DNA of 54,226 nucleotides from an uncultured Solibacteraceae bacterium (GTDB lineage: Bacteria; Acidobacteriota; Terriglobia; Bryobacterales; Bryobacteraceae). The stretch is taken from positions 97,819-152,044 of the forward strand of contig CAZVKC010000003.1 of NCBI GenBank assembly GCA_964627455.1. The letters are read 5' to 3'. Under the pieces are notes generated by a model. The model made no database searches and was not told where the DNA came from. It saw only the letters and a program-made list of their open reading frames with translations. Of this stretch, positions 39,240 to 48,406 are shown piece after piece (within the stretch, counting starts at the first letter, position 1; each line of letters starts with the position of its first letter). The position numbers and the translations under genes are program-made.

Positions 39240-40364
39240 TTACGACCGCTCTTCGCGAATGCGGACCAGGTCGCCCAGCAGAGAGTCGAGTCCACCGGTC
39301 ACGGAGATGCGGTCCACCTTCTCCACCACGCGCTCGAGCGTCTCCAGTTCCTTCAAGCGGAGAAGGATCGGGTTGTCCTCGAGCAACTTCGCGGTGTTGA
39401 GCAGCGAACGCGTCGCGGCCGTTTCCTCGCGGCGTCGGATCAGGTTGGCCTGCGCCTGCTTTTCCGCCGTCACAACCTGGTTGAGGATGTCGCGCATCTC
39501 TCCAGGCAGGATCACGTCTTTGATCGCGATCGCGCCCACGCGGACTCCGATCGCAGCCATGTCGTTACGCACCTTCGCAGCGGACTCCTCGTTCACGTCC
39601 ACCTTCTCGGCGAGCACCTCATCGAGGGACTTCTTTCCGAGAGACTGGCGAACTGCAAACTGGAGCGCCTTGTAGAGCGCGTCTGTGTAATCCTTCACCG
39701 ACTGGCGGGCGCGCAGCGGGTCGACCACCTGGAACTCCGCCCAGATGTTCACGCGCAGCGACACCTTGTCGCGGGTGAGGATTTCCTGCCCGGGGACCTC
39801 GCAGGCCTGCACACGCAGGTCCACGACGTCCACGCGGATCGCGCCGGCCGCAACCCAGAACATGTGCGTTCCGGGCGCGAGCAGACGAACGAACTTCGAG
39901 TCGACATACAGGAGTCCCGTTTTTCCTTCGTCCACGACATGCGCCGTGGATCCCGAGATGCCGGGTCCACCGAGACGCTGCAGGGCGCCGTGAAGATCGC
40001 GCGGCACGTCGATGTCAGCCTTGGCGTCGAAGAGGCGGGCCGTGATGACCACGGGTCCGCGCCAGAACATCGCGCGCTTGCCGGGTCCGAGAACGCGCGA
40101 CAGCTTGCCGTCCAAAAAGATCGCAGCCACCTGCGTATCGCCGGTTTCGACGATCACGAAGTGCTCATCCGCAACGGCGGGGCACTCCTTGCGCACGAAG
40201 TCGGTCCACTCGTTTTCGAAGTAGAGGTCGCGCACCTGGAACTTTTGCATCGTGAATCCGAACCCGATGAGGTAGTGCTCGCCGGGTCCGAGGATGTCGT
40301 AGAAACGTCCCTTTTTCAATACCAGGACACGCTCCTGGTCTCCGATGAAAACTTTGCGAAACAT
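39240..40364 (-). CDS. SPFH/band-7 (stomatin/flotillin-like) domain protein without a predicted N-terminal TM segment
   Basis: The C-terminal half carries the SPFH core (LRVNIWAEFQVVDPLRARQSV...GVRVGAIAIKDVILPGEMRDILNQVVTAEKQAQAN). AGGAGG 8 nt upstream supports the ATG at 40362-40364 (MFRKVFIG...) rather than the track start at 40436. Confidence 0.7.
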   Translation of the reverse strand: MFRKVFIGDQERVLVLKKGRFYDILGPGEHYLIGFGFTMQKFQVRDLYFENEWTDFVRKECPAVADEHFVIVETGDTQVAAIFLDGKLSRVLGPGKRAMFWRGPVVITARLFDAKADIDVPRDLHGALQRLGGPGISGSTAHVVDEGKTGLLYVDSKFVRLLAPGTHMFWVAAGAIRVDVVDLRVQACEVPGQEILTRDKVSLRVNIWAEFQVVDPLRARQSVKDYTDALYKALQFAVRQSLGKKSLDEVLAEKVDVNEESAAKVRNDMAAIGVRVGAIAIKDVILPGEMRDILNQVVTAEKQAQANLIRRREETAATRSLLNTAKLLEDNPILLRLKELETLERVVEKVDRISVTGGLDSLLGDLVRIREERS

Positions 40365-40635
40365 TGTAGGGTCCTCCTGTTTGTTTGGTTCGAAAGAGAA
40401 ATGACGACCCACCGGACCTGTCCCGCCGGTTCCCACGGGAGAGCCCTATGAGCCCGCGCGCAGCCGGTACAACTGGAGCGCGAAGGCAGTTTCAGGAACC
40501 TCGCAGAGTGCGAATCCGGTTGCGATCGCGGCCGTTCAAACTACGAACGGTGCGCTAGCGCTGGAACAGGTTCCGATGGATTGTCGATGGTTGTTGGTTC
40601 AGATCGCTTTGGCAAGCGAGACAGCGTGTCAGGCT

Positions 40636-40708
40636 GTTTGGATAACGGGAGTCGAACCCGCGACCGGCAGATTATCAGTCTGCTGCTCTACCCACTGAGC
40701 TATACCCT
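40636..40708 (-). tRNA. tRNA-Ile (anticodon GAT), with two terminal acceptor-stem mismatches; CCA not encoded
   Basis: The reverse complement gives D-arm GCTCAGTGGGTAGAGC, anticodon stem-loop GCAGA-CTGATAA-TCTGC (GAT), variable loop CGGTC and T-arm GCGGG-TTCGACT-CCCGT. The acceptor 5' AAGGGTA pairs with 3' TATCCAA in only 5 of 7 positions (A:A at 1:72 and 2:71). Confidence 0.7.
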
Positions 40709-41004
40709 TGGTTGGTGGGAAAGAACGCCGCAAGTCCGCCGGTACACGGTACTCCAGTGAAGCCGCGCCAGCGAGGCCGACACGCCGCGCGTGGCTCGCG
40801 CGCTCGTGTTTCGATGCTCTGCATTTGGCGGTCATGCGGATGTGTGTCCTTCCTTTGTGATCTTAGAGAATCACCGGCAGGACGGTCAATACAAATGGCT
40901 CACTATTTGTACTATTCATGCAGACACACGATCGCCCCGGAATATCAAAATATCCGGATAGTTCGGACACAAAGTGTGCCAGACCGCGCTTCGGTTGGGG
41001 ATCC

Positions 41005-41451
41005 TTACGCAGCGGCGGGGGCCGGAGCGGCAGCCTTGATATGGTCGATCCCCATTCTCGTGTAGTAGAGGGCTTCGATCGGATCCGCCTTCTCGATCAG
41101 GTCCCACACCCGGTTCTTCGTATCCTCATCCGGGCAGTGGACCATCACCAACGCGGCGCCATGCGCGGCCCGGTCGACCATCTCGTCCGTTGCGACCTGC
41201 TCGCCATCAATCGCCCGCGAAAACGCCTTGGTCAAAGCATTCCACACGCGGGCTTCATCCCGTTCCATTTCGAGGAAGTCTCTGCCGTCGACGGCGGTTG
41301 CCTGATCCGCCGGGAATCCGGTGAAGACGAGGTCCCGAACGGCGTGCCGCGCCTTTTCAATATTCGGAAAGACGGCGACCAGATAGTGCAGTGGGTAGAA
41401 CACTCCCAGGACGGTGTGCGATTCCCGGAAGAACTCGGCGAGGTGCGTCAT
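41005..41451 (-). CDS. hypothetical protein (149 aa), last gene of the efflux operon
   Basis: AGGAGG 8 nt upstream of the ATG at 41449-41451 (MTHLAEFFRESHTVLGVFYPLHY...). No recognisable family. The track ORF to 41673 is an Arg-rich over-extension. Confidence 0.5.
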   Translation of the reverse strand: MTHLAEFFRESHTVLGVFYPLHYLVAVFPNIEKARHAVRDLVFTGFPADQATAVDGRDFLEMERDEARVWNALTKAFSRAIDGEQVATDEMVDRAAHGAALVMVHCPDEDTKNRVWDLIEKADPIEALYYTRMGIDHIKAAAPAPAAA

Positions 41452-41504
41452 GACCAAACCTCCTGGGTTCCGGAACTGCAACTTCCGTGCCACTCCGCGC
41501 CGGG

Positions 41505-42590
41505 TCAGTCGAGTTGCCGCCGGAACCGCAAGACGCTGACGCCGAGCATCAACACGCCGATCAGCGCCAGCATCGCGAGCGGGAACCAGAGCACGTCGGC
41601 GCCGGATCCCTTCAACAGCACGCCGCGCAGGATTTCGAGGAAGTACCGCTGCGGATTGATCGCCGCGATCCAACTCACGGCGTCCGGCATGTTCCGCACG
41701 GGGAACGTGAAGCCGCTGAACATGAACACCGGCATGAAGTACAGAAATACGCTGAGCACTGCCTGCTGCTGCGTCTTCGAGATGGTGGAGATGAGAACGC
41801 CGGATCCCAGTGTGGTCAGCAGGTACAGCGTCGCGGCCCCGGTCAGGAGGGGGAGGCCGCCGCGCATCGGCACATGGAACACCACGCGCGCCAGGATAAG
41901 GATCAGGAAGAACTGCACGAATCCGATCAGCACGAACGGCAGCGTCTTGCCGATAATCAGTTCCGCGGGACGCAGCGGACTCACCATGAGCTGTTCCATC
42001 GTCCCGATCTCGCGCTCGCGAACCAGCGCCAGCGCAGTCAGCATCATCGTGATGATGGTGAGGATGTTCATGAGCACGCCGGGGATGAAGTAATAGCGGC
42101 TCTTCAGTTCCGGGTTGAACCAGACGCGGGTCTGCGTAAGGTCCATGCCAAGCCTTGCGCGATAGGCGGCCAGCAGCCGATTCGAGTAGCCGGTGACGAT
42201 CGACGCGTTGTTGGAGTTCGTGCCGTCCACCAGCACCTGCACCGCAGCCGTCGAACCACGTGCGATGTCGCGAGAAAAGCCTGGCAGCACACGGATCACG
42301 GCCAGCACATCGCCATGATCCAGCAGTTCCTGGACCCGCGCTTCCGTATCGGGATCCTCATAGACTTCAAAATACGGCGATGCGTCGAAGGCGGCCCGTA
42401 GTGCGCGGCTTTCCGGCGTATGGTCGCGATCGGCGAACGCCACGCGCGCGTTTTCGATATCCATGTTCGCCGCGAAGCCGAAGATGATCAACTGCATCAT
42501 CGGCGGAACGATCAGCAGGACGCGGGTCCGCGGATTGCGCAGCGTCTGAACCAGCTCTTTGCGAATCAGGGTTTTGATGCGATCCCACAT
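41505..42590 (-). CDS. ABC-2 family transporter permease (YbhR/YbhS-like)
   Basis: N-terminal MWDRIKTLIRKELVQTLRNPRTRVLLIVPPMMQLIIFGFA, then a large periplasmic loop and five further TM helices, typical of ABC-2 permeases. Confidence 0.8.
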   Translation of the reverse strand: MWDRIKTLIRKELVQTLRNPRTRVLLIVPPMMQLIIFGFAANMDIENARVAFADRDHTPESRALRAAFDASPYFEVYEDPDTEARVQELLDHGDVLAVIRVLPGFSRDIARGSTAAVQVLVDGTNSNNASIVTGYSNRLLAAYRARLGMDLTQTRVWFNPELKSRYYFIPGVLMNILTIITMMLTALALVREREIGTMEQLMVSPLRPAELIIGKTLPFVLIGFVQFFLILILARVVFHVPMRGGLPLLTGAATLYLLTTLGSGVLISTISKTQQQAVLSVFLYFMPVFMFSGFTFPVRNMPDAVSWIAAINPQRYFLEILRGVLLKGSGADVLWFPLAMLALIGVLMLGVSVLRFRRQLD

Positions 42591-42596
42591 ATGCGT

Positions 42597-43700
42597 TTAG
42601 GCCACCTTGGTCCGCATGCGCCGCATGGCGAGCGTGGTGACGGCGATGGTGTAAATAATGAGCGCGCAGAGTTGCGGCCACAGATCCGCGAAGCCTAGTC
42701 CTTTGAGGAACGAGGCTTTGAGAATCGAGATGAAGTAGCGCGACGGGAAGAGATAGGTCGCCACCTGGATCGGCGCCGGCATGTTCTCGATCGCGTAGAT
42801 AAAGCCCGACAGCAGAAAGGCCGGCAGGAACGACGACAGCATCCCAAGCTGGAAGGCCTGCAGCTGCGATTCCGCGATGGAACTGAGGAACAGCCCCCAG
42901 GAAAACGCGCCGACCAGGAAAACCGCGGTCGAGATGCCGAGAAACAGCAGGCTGCCGCGGAACGGCACATGGAACACGAGCACCCCGACCGTAAGCGCGA
43001 TGATTGCATCCGCGACGCCGAGAATGAAGAAGGCTCCCAGTTTGCCGATGATGATTTCGCTCGATCGCAGCGGCGTCGACAACAATTGCTCGAGCGTCCC
43101 GGTTTCCCATTCGCGCGCCACGGTTAGTGACGTTAGCAGCGCCGAGATGATCATGAGGATCACCGAGATGAGTCCCGGCACGATGAAGTTCCGCGACTCG
43201 AGCGTGCTGTTGTACCAGACACGCGGCCGCGTTTCGAGCGCCGGCTTGACGTGGAATCGCGACGCTGCCCAGACGGAGACGACTGATTCCGCGTAGTTGC
43301 GCGCAATCGAGGCGGTGTTGGAATCCGTGCCATCGAGCAGCAACTGGATGGGCTGCGGCCTGCGCGCCGCGACGTCACGAGCAAAATCCTTCGGGATCAC
43401 AACTGCCAGGAGACATTCATTCAGGCCGATCGATTTCTCGATCGACTGGTAGTCCTTCGAGTAGCCGAGAATCGTGAAGTAGCGGGATCCTGCAAACTGC
43501 GCGATCAACTCGCGACTCACGTCTGACTGGTCGTGATCCAGAATGTATGTGGGGATCTTGTCGACATCGAGCGACAGCGCATAGCTGAACAGCAGGAGGA
43601 GCAGCACCGGCATCGCGAGCGCGAGGCTGAGGCTGCGCGGATCCCGGACGATGTGCAGGAATTCCTTGCGGAGCATGGCAAGCGGACGTTGGAGGTTCAC
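42597..43700 (-). CDS. ABC-2 family transporter permease (YbhS/YbhR-like), paralog of the neighbouring permease
   Basis: MNLQRPLAMLRKEFLHIVRDPRSLSLALAMPVLLLLLFSYALS shows the same architecture. Its ATG overlaps the upstream ATPase stop by 4 nt. Confidence 0.8.
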   Translation of the reverse strand: MNLQRPLAMLRKEFLHIVRDPRSLSLALAMPVLLLLLFSYALSLDVDKIPTYILDHDQSDVSRELIAQFAGSRYFTILGYSKDYQSIEKSIGLNECLLAVVIPKDFARDVAARRPQPIQLLLDGTDSNTASIARNYAESVVSVWAASRFHVKPALETRPRVWYNSTLESRNFIVPGLISVILMIISALLTSLTVAREWETGTLEQLLSTPLRSSEIIIGKLGAFFILGVADAIIALTVGVLVFHVPFRGSLLFLGISTAVFLVGAFSWGLFLSSIAESQLQAFQLGMLSSFLPAFLLSGFIYAIENMPAPIQVATYLFPSRYFISILKASFLKGLGFADLWPQLCALIIYTIAVTTLAMRRMRTKVA

Positions 43701-44431
43701 GACGGTTCCCTCGCTTCCTCCGCCTCAATGCTGGCGACGAAGACTTCTTCAACGGATTGCGCGCCGCGCGCCCGCTTCAATTCCAGTGGCGTGCCGAGTG
43801 CGATGGTGCGCCCTCGATACATCAGCGCGAGACGGTTGCAGTACTCGGCCTCTTCCATATAGTGCGTGGTGACGAAGATCGTATTGCCGGCTTCGGAGAG
43901 TCCATAGATGAGGTCCCAGAACTGGCGCCGTGCGATGGGATCCACGCCGGAAGTCGGCTCGTCGAGGAACAACACCGGCGGTTCATGCAGGATCGCGCAG
44001 CCGAGCGCGAGTCGCTGCTTCCAGCCTCCTGACAGCAGGCTCGTCAGTTCCCGGCGCTTCTCTGTGAGTCCCGCCATCTCCAGCGCGTACGCCTTTCGCT
44101 CAGCGAGTTTGCCGTTCTTCACGCCGTAGAGTCCGCCGAAGAAGTCGATATTCTCTTCCACCGTGAGATCGTCGTACAGCGAGAATTTCTGCGACATGTA
44201 GCCGATGTTCTTGCGGAGCGCGTCCGATTCGGGACCCACCTCAAAGCCCGCGACCTTCGCCGTGCCGGAGGTTGGCGTGAGCAGTCCGCAGAGGATGCGA
44301 ATCGTCGTCGATTTCCCCGCCCCGTTTGGACCCAGGAATCCGAACACTTCGCCGCGCGCGACATCGAGTGACACGTTGTCCACCGCGACGAAATCGCCAA
44401 ACCGCTTGACGAGATTGCGAATCGAGACCAT
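43697..44431 (-). CDS. ABC transporter ATP-binding protein (second ATPase)
   Basis: Walker A GPNGAGKST, signature LSGGWKQRL, Walker B VLFLDEPTSGVD. The start is placed at MVSIRNLVKRFG (ATG at 44429-44431), 4 nt after the upstream ATPase stop; the track ORF to 44554 is over-extended. Confidence 0.8.
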   Translation of the reverse strand: MVSIRNLVKRFGDFVAVDNVSLDVARGEVFGFLGPNGAGKSTTIRILCGLLTPTSGTAKVAGFEVGPESDALRKNIGYMSQKFSLYDDLTVEENIDFFGGLYGVKNGKLAERKAYALEMAGLTEKRRELTSLLSGGWKQRLALGCAILHEPPVLFLDEPTSGVDPIARRQFWDLIYGLSEAGNTIFVTTHYMEEAEYCNRLALMYRGRTIALGTPLELKRARGAQSVEEVFVASIEAEEAREPS

Positions 44432-44435
44432 TACG

Positions 44436-45326
44436 CTACGCCTGCCCTTCCACTGTCGCGACGAACACATCCTCGAGCGACGGCAGGATCTTCTGTACCC
44501 GGTGTGCCGCGCTCCAAACGTCCGAGAACACCGCGCCAGGCTTGAGGAACACATGCAGGGTGCTGCCCGCCGGCCTCGCTGCCATCACCGCCGGATGCGC
44601 AACCAACCGCGCCCGTTCCTCGCGGACATCCGCCGTTTCCACCTCGTAACAATCCGCCGGCAGCGACTGACGCAGCATCGCGGGCGAGTCGCATTTGAGC
44701 AAACGGCCCTGGTGCAGAAATCCCACGCGCCCGCAGCGCTCCGCTTCATCCATGTACGCGGTGGTGAGGAACAGCGTGAGTCCGTCTGCGACCAGTTGAT
44801 GCAAGATGGTCCAGAAATCGCGGCGCGACACAGGATCCACGCCATTCGTAGGCTCGTCAAGCAGCAGCACTTGCGGTTTATGCAGCAACGTACACATCAG
44901 CGCGAGTTTCTGTTTCATGCCGCCCGACAGCTTAGCCGCCGGCCGATTGAGAAACGGCGCCATGCGCGTCATGTCGAGCAACCGTGGCGCTAACGCATCC
45001 CGTTCTGAGGCGCGCATGCCGAAGAGATCCGCGTAAAAGTGCATGTTCTCTTCCACCGTGAGATCTCCGTAGAGGCCAAAGCGCTGCGCCATGTAGCCGA
45101 TGCGGTCGCGAACTGCCGTGCTGTCTTTCGTGACATCGAACCCGGCAGTGACCGCGGTTCCTTCGGTGGGATCCACAAGGCCTGTGATCATGCGAAGCGT
45201 CGTGGTTTTGCCCGCCCCGTCCGGACCGACAAGCCCGAAGATCTCGCCCTTGCCGATCTCCAGCGACAGATGATCGACAGCCGTCAGCGTCCCGAATTGT
45301 TTGGTCAGGCCGCGAAGCGAAATCAT
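44436..45326 (-). CDS. ABC transporter ATP-binding protein (first ATPase)
   Basis: MISLRGLTKQFGTLTAVDHLSLEIGKGEIFGLVGPDGAGKTTT; signature LSGGMKQKL; Walker B VLLLDEPTNGVD. Confidence 0.85.
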   Translation of the reverse strand: MISLRGLTKQFGTLTAVDHLSLEIGKGEIFGLVGPDGAGKTTTLRMITGLVDPTEGTAVTAGFDVTKDSTAVRDRIGYMAQRFGLYGDLTVEENMHFYADLFGMRASERDALAPRLLDMTRMAPFLNRPAAKLSGGMKQKLALMCTLLHKPQVLLLDEPTNGVDPVSRRDFWTILHQLVADGLTLFLTTAYMDEAERCGRVGFLHQGRLLKCDSPAMLRQSLPADCYEVETADVREERARLVAHPAVMAARPAGSTLHVFLKPGAVFSDVWSAAHRVQKILPSLEDVFVATVEGQA

Positions 45327-46492
45327 ATGCCAATCACTGCGTCGACGGGCATGTTGAGCTTCAACTCCTGGTTCGGATTCTCCAACTCAACCTTGATGCG
45401 ATACACGAGTTTGATGCGTTCTTCCGGCGTTTGGATCTGCTTCGGCGTAAACTCGGCCTCGGACGCGATGAACGATACACGGCCCCAGTAAATTTTTCCT
45501 GGATACGAGTCCGTCGTAACCTTTACCTTGTCGCCGAGCTTGACCTTGCCCAATTGCTTTTCGGTGATGTACCCGCGGACCCATGGCTTTGCGATGTCGC
45601 CCAGCGTGAGCACAGGCACACCGGCGTTCAACACCTCGCCGAGATCCGCATTCTTGCTGAGGATCACGCCATCCACCGGCGCCGACGCCACCGTATCGTT
45701 CAACTGCACATCCAGCACGCCGACCTGCGCCTTCGCGCGTTCGACCTCTGACCGGCGCGCCATTACTTCCTGTTCCCGCTGCCGGACCTGCAGGCGATTG
45801 TTTTCCGCCGCCTTCACTGCCGCCTGCGCTCGCAACAACTGCGCCCGCAACATCTCGATGGTCTCTTTGCGCGGACCTTCCTTCACCAGAGACAGCCGCA
45901 TCTCGACCTGACGCAGCACCGACGCCGTCGAATCGAAACGCGTCTTGTATTGGTCGTACTGCGCCTTGGTGATGTCCTCGTCAGCGAAGAGTTTTTGTGC
46001 CCGATCCCAATCGAGCTTCGCTTGTGCGTGTTGCGTACGTGCGTCTGCGACCGCGGCCTCGGCCTGCTGTACTTCCTGGGGGCGCGATCCAGTGAGCGCC
46101 TCCTGCAACTGCGCTTCGACCGCGCGGACTTCCGCCGTGCGCAGTTCGATTTCGCGCTCCACCGCAGTCTTCTGCCAGTCCACGGCAGTCTGCAACTGCT
46201 GCAACTGCGCCGCAGCGGTCGAAACGGCCGCTTCGTCCCGGTCTTTTTGCTTTTGTACGGACTCCCGGTCTGAACGGGCGAGCACCTGCCCCTTTCGGAC
46301 GAGTGCGCCTTCCTCCACGTCGATCGTCACCACGCGGCCTGGATATTTGAACGCCACGGCAACCTGCGTCATCTCGATGTTCCCCGAAACATGAATTTCG
46401 TTTTCCGGGATCCCGCTGTTCATGCGGAGATAGTACGCAACGCCGCCGATTGCGGCTGCCGCTAACAACAGTATTGGCAGTCTACGTTTCAT
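45323..46492 (-). CDS. HlyD-family periplasmic adaptor (membrane fusion protein, YbhG-like)
   Basis: N-terminal TM anchor, biotin-lipoyl-like hairpin halves (GRVVTIDVEEGALVRKGQVLARSD ... APVDGVILSKNADLGEVL) and a long coiled coil in between. Confidence 0.8.
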   Translation of the reverse strand: MKRRLPILLLAAAAIGGVAYYLRMNSGIPENEIHVSGNIEMTQVAVAFKYPGRVVTIDVEEGALVRKGQVLARSDRESVQKQKDRDEAAVSTAAAQLQQLQTAVDWQKTAVEREIELRTAEVRAVEAQLQEALTGSRPQEVQQAEAAVADARTQHAQAKLDWDRAQKLFADEDITKAQYDQYKTRFDSTASVLRQVEMRLSLVKEGPRKETIEMLRAQLLRAQAAVKAAENNRLQVRQREQEVMARRSEVERAKAQVGVLDVQLNDTVASAPVDGVILSKNADLGEVLNAGVPVLTLGDIAKPWVRGYITEKQLGKVKLGDKVKVTTDSYPGKIYWGRVSFIASEAEFTPKQIQTPEERIKLVYRIKVELENPNQELKLNMPVDAVIGI

Positions 46493-47793
46493 TGAATCAC
46501 CCTGTGAATCACGCCCATGGCGCTTGCAAGTTCTATTTTTGAGAGGTTATGAAGAAAGAGCGCGGCCGTGCGATTGTCCCGGGCTCGCGCAATTCGAGTC
46601 TGCGCGTCGGTCACTTCGACGCTAAGGCCGACGCCTGCCTGGTAGCGCCGTTGGGCCTGCGCCAATTCGGTTTCGGCCAGTTGCAAACCCTGCTCAGCGA
46701 CTTTGACTTGACCTTCCGCCGATTGAAGGCTTTCAAAAGCCAACCGGACTTCTGATTCCACCTGCTGCTGCAGGTCACGCCCGCGGATCTGTTCCTGACG
46801 GTACGCCGATGCGCTCTCAGCACGCCGCGCGTCGCGCCTGCCGCCGTCCCAAACAGGGATCCGCAGCGACACTCCAACCACGCGCGTGAAACGCACATCG
46901 CTGGGTTCGAGACCGATGCCTCCGGCGTCCGCGAATGCAGCCACCGATGGCAAGCGCTCCCATTTCACCGCGTCGAGTTGCATCTTCATGACGGTTTCGC
47001 GCCGCTGCTGAACCCTTACATCCGCACGAGTCTTGCGTGCCGTGTCAAGCGCATCGGGCACGCTGACGGTTTCCGCCGGCGCATACCGCAGCGTATCCGT
47101 CGGATCGACATGGACATTCATCTTCAACCCCATCGCCCGCAGCAGTTGGATCTCCGCGCGATCCCTTTCGTTTTGCGCGACGAATGCCTTCTGTTGTTCG
47201 TTCGCGAGTTGTACCTGCGCGCGAGTCACTTCAATCCCCGTCGCCGCGCCGGCCTGTTTCTGTGAATCGACCAGTTTCAGCAGGGACTCGGCCAGCTGCA
47301 CATTTGCTTTCGCGACCGCCACGCCCTCACTGGCCCGCACCAGCGACAGATAGGCTCTCGCCGTGATGTCACTCACCGCGTTTCGTGCGGATTCCTCCTC
47401 CGCCTTCGATACCTCGACCTGAGCCTTGGCCGCCTGCAGGCGCTTGATCGCGCTGAAGTCGAAAACGGTTTGGGTCGCAGTGGCGCGCGCGTCGAACGTG
47501 CTGATCGGCCCCACCACGTCCGGAAATCCCGGAATGGGGATCTGCACGCCAAATGCTTTCAAGTTGCGCGTGAAGTTCTGTTCCGTGATCGACGCATCCA
47601 CGTTCGGAAGCAAAGCTGCCCGGGACTGCGCAACCCGCGTCGAAGTCGCCTGAATCAGTTCGTGAGCCAGTTGGACTCGCGCGTTGCCCTCAGGCGACAA
47701 GGCAAGATCGACGGCCTGCTTCATCGAAAGCGACATCCGTTCCTGCGCCTGCAAACCGGAAACAATCAGGGGCAGGATCCACAACACCTTCAT
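46489..47793 (-). CDS. TolC-family outer-membrane efflux channel
   Basis: Signal peptide MKVLWILPLIVSGLQAQ, then two repeats of the TolC helix/strand pattern. The start ATG at 47791-47793 overlaps the TetR stop in an ATGA; the track ORF to 47928 is over-extended. Confidence 0.75.
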   Translation of the reverse strand: MKVLWILPLIVSGLQAQERMSLSMKQAVDLALSPEGNARVQLAHELIQATSTRVAQSRAALLPNVDASITEQNFTRNLKAFGVQIPIPGFPDVVGPISTFDARATATQTVFDFSAIKRLQAAKAQVEVSKAEEESARNAVSDITARAYLSLVRASEGVAVAKANVQLAESLLKLVDSQKQAGAATGIEVTRAQVQLANEQQKAFVAQNERDRAEIQLLRAMGLKMNVHVDPTDTLRYAPAETVSVPDALDTARKTRADVRVQQRRETVMKMQLDAVKWERLPSVAAFADAGGIGLEPSDVRFTRVVGVSLRIPVWDGGRRDARRAESASAYRQEQIRGRDLQQQVESEVRLAFESLQSAEGQVKVAEQGLQLAETELAQAQRRYQAGVGLSVEVTDAQTRIARARDNRTAALFLHNLSKIELASAMGVIHRVIQ

Positions 47794-48404
47794 GAACGTT
47801 CTCCCATGACTCCGTACAAAACAAATGAAGTAATCTGCTCCGCGAAGCGGGCAAGAGCCGCACCCTCGGAAGGCAGCTTGCTGCCGAGTCTTTCGAACAG
47901 CGAGCGTGAGGTTTCGAGGTTCGCGCACATGCTCAGAATGAGCGTCGCCAGTTGCCTGTTCGCGGCTGCCGGACGCTTGTTCAGCCGCGTGAGAATACGC
48001 GTGAGATCCGCATGAACCGGACCCACGAAGTACGACACCATGAAGTCCATAATCTCGGTAGGCTCCCGCAATTCATGCTTCACGATGCGTCCGATATAGG
48101 GATGATTGTGCCGGTGAATGAGCGTGAACTCGAGAAACTGGCGCAGCCATTTGCCAAGCGATTCCTCCGGGGACGCCGACTCGACCTCTACAGGCCGTTT
48201 GTCTTTCAAGTCTCCGGCGGCTTTCTCCATCACCGCGCGATACAAGCCTTTTTTGTCGCCGAAGTAGTACTTCACCGATGCGACATTGACGTTGCCGGCC
48301 TCCGCGCAGATTTCCCTCACGCCCGCGCGTTGAAACCCTTCACGAGCAAACACCTCGCCTGCGGCGGCAATCAGGCGGTCCTTGGTGGAAGCAGGCTCTG
48401 GCAT
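47790..48404 (-). CDS. TetR/AcrR-family transcriptional repressor, first gene of the efflux operon
   Basis: N-terminal HTH KDRLIAAAGEVFAREGFQRAGVREICAEAGNVNVASVKYYFGDKKGLY. Confidence 0.85.
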   Translation of the reverse strand: MPEPASTKDRLIAAAGEVFAREGFQRAGVREICAEAGNVNVASVKYYFGDKKGLYRAVMEKAAGDLKDKRPVEVESASPEESLGKWLRQFLEFTLIHRHNHPYIGRIVKHELREPTEIMDFMVSYFVGPVHADLTRILTRLNKRPAAANRQLATLILSMCANLETSRSLFERLGSKLPSEGAALARFAEQITSFVLYGVMGERS

Positions 48405-48406
48405 AA

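Noticed and set aside
40437-41004. tRNA-adjacent integrated element or genomic island.
   Set aside because: No integrase, excisionase, direct repeat of the tRNA 3' end or phage-like genes appear within the window. The flanking genes look like ordinary chromosomal functions.
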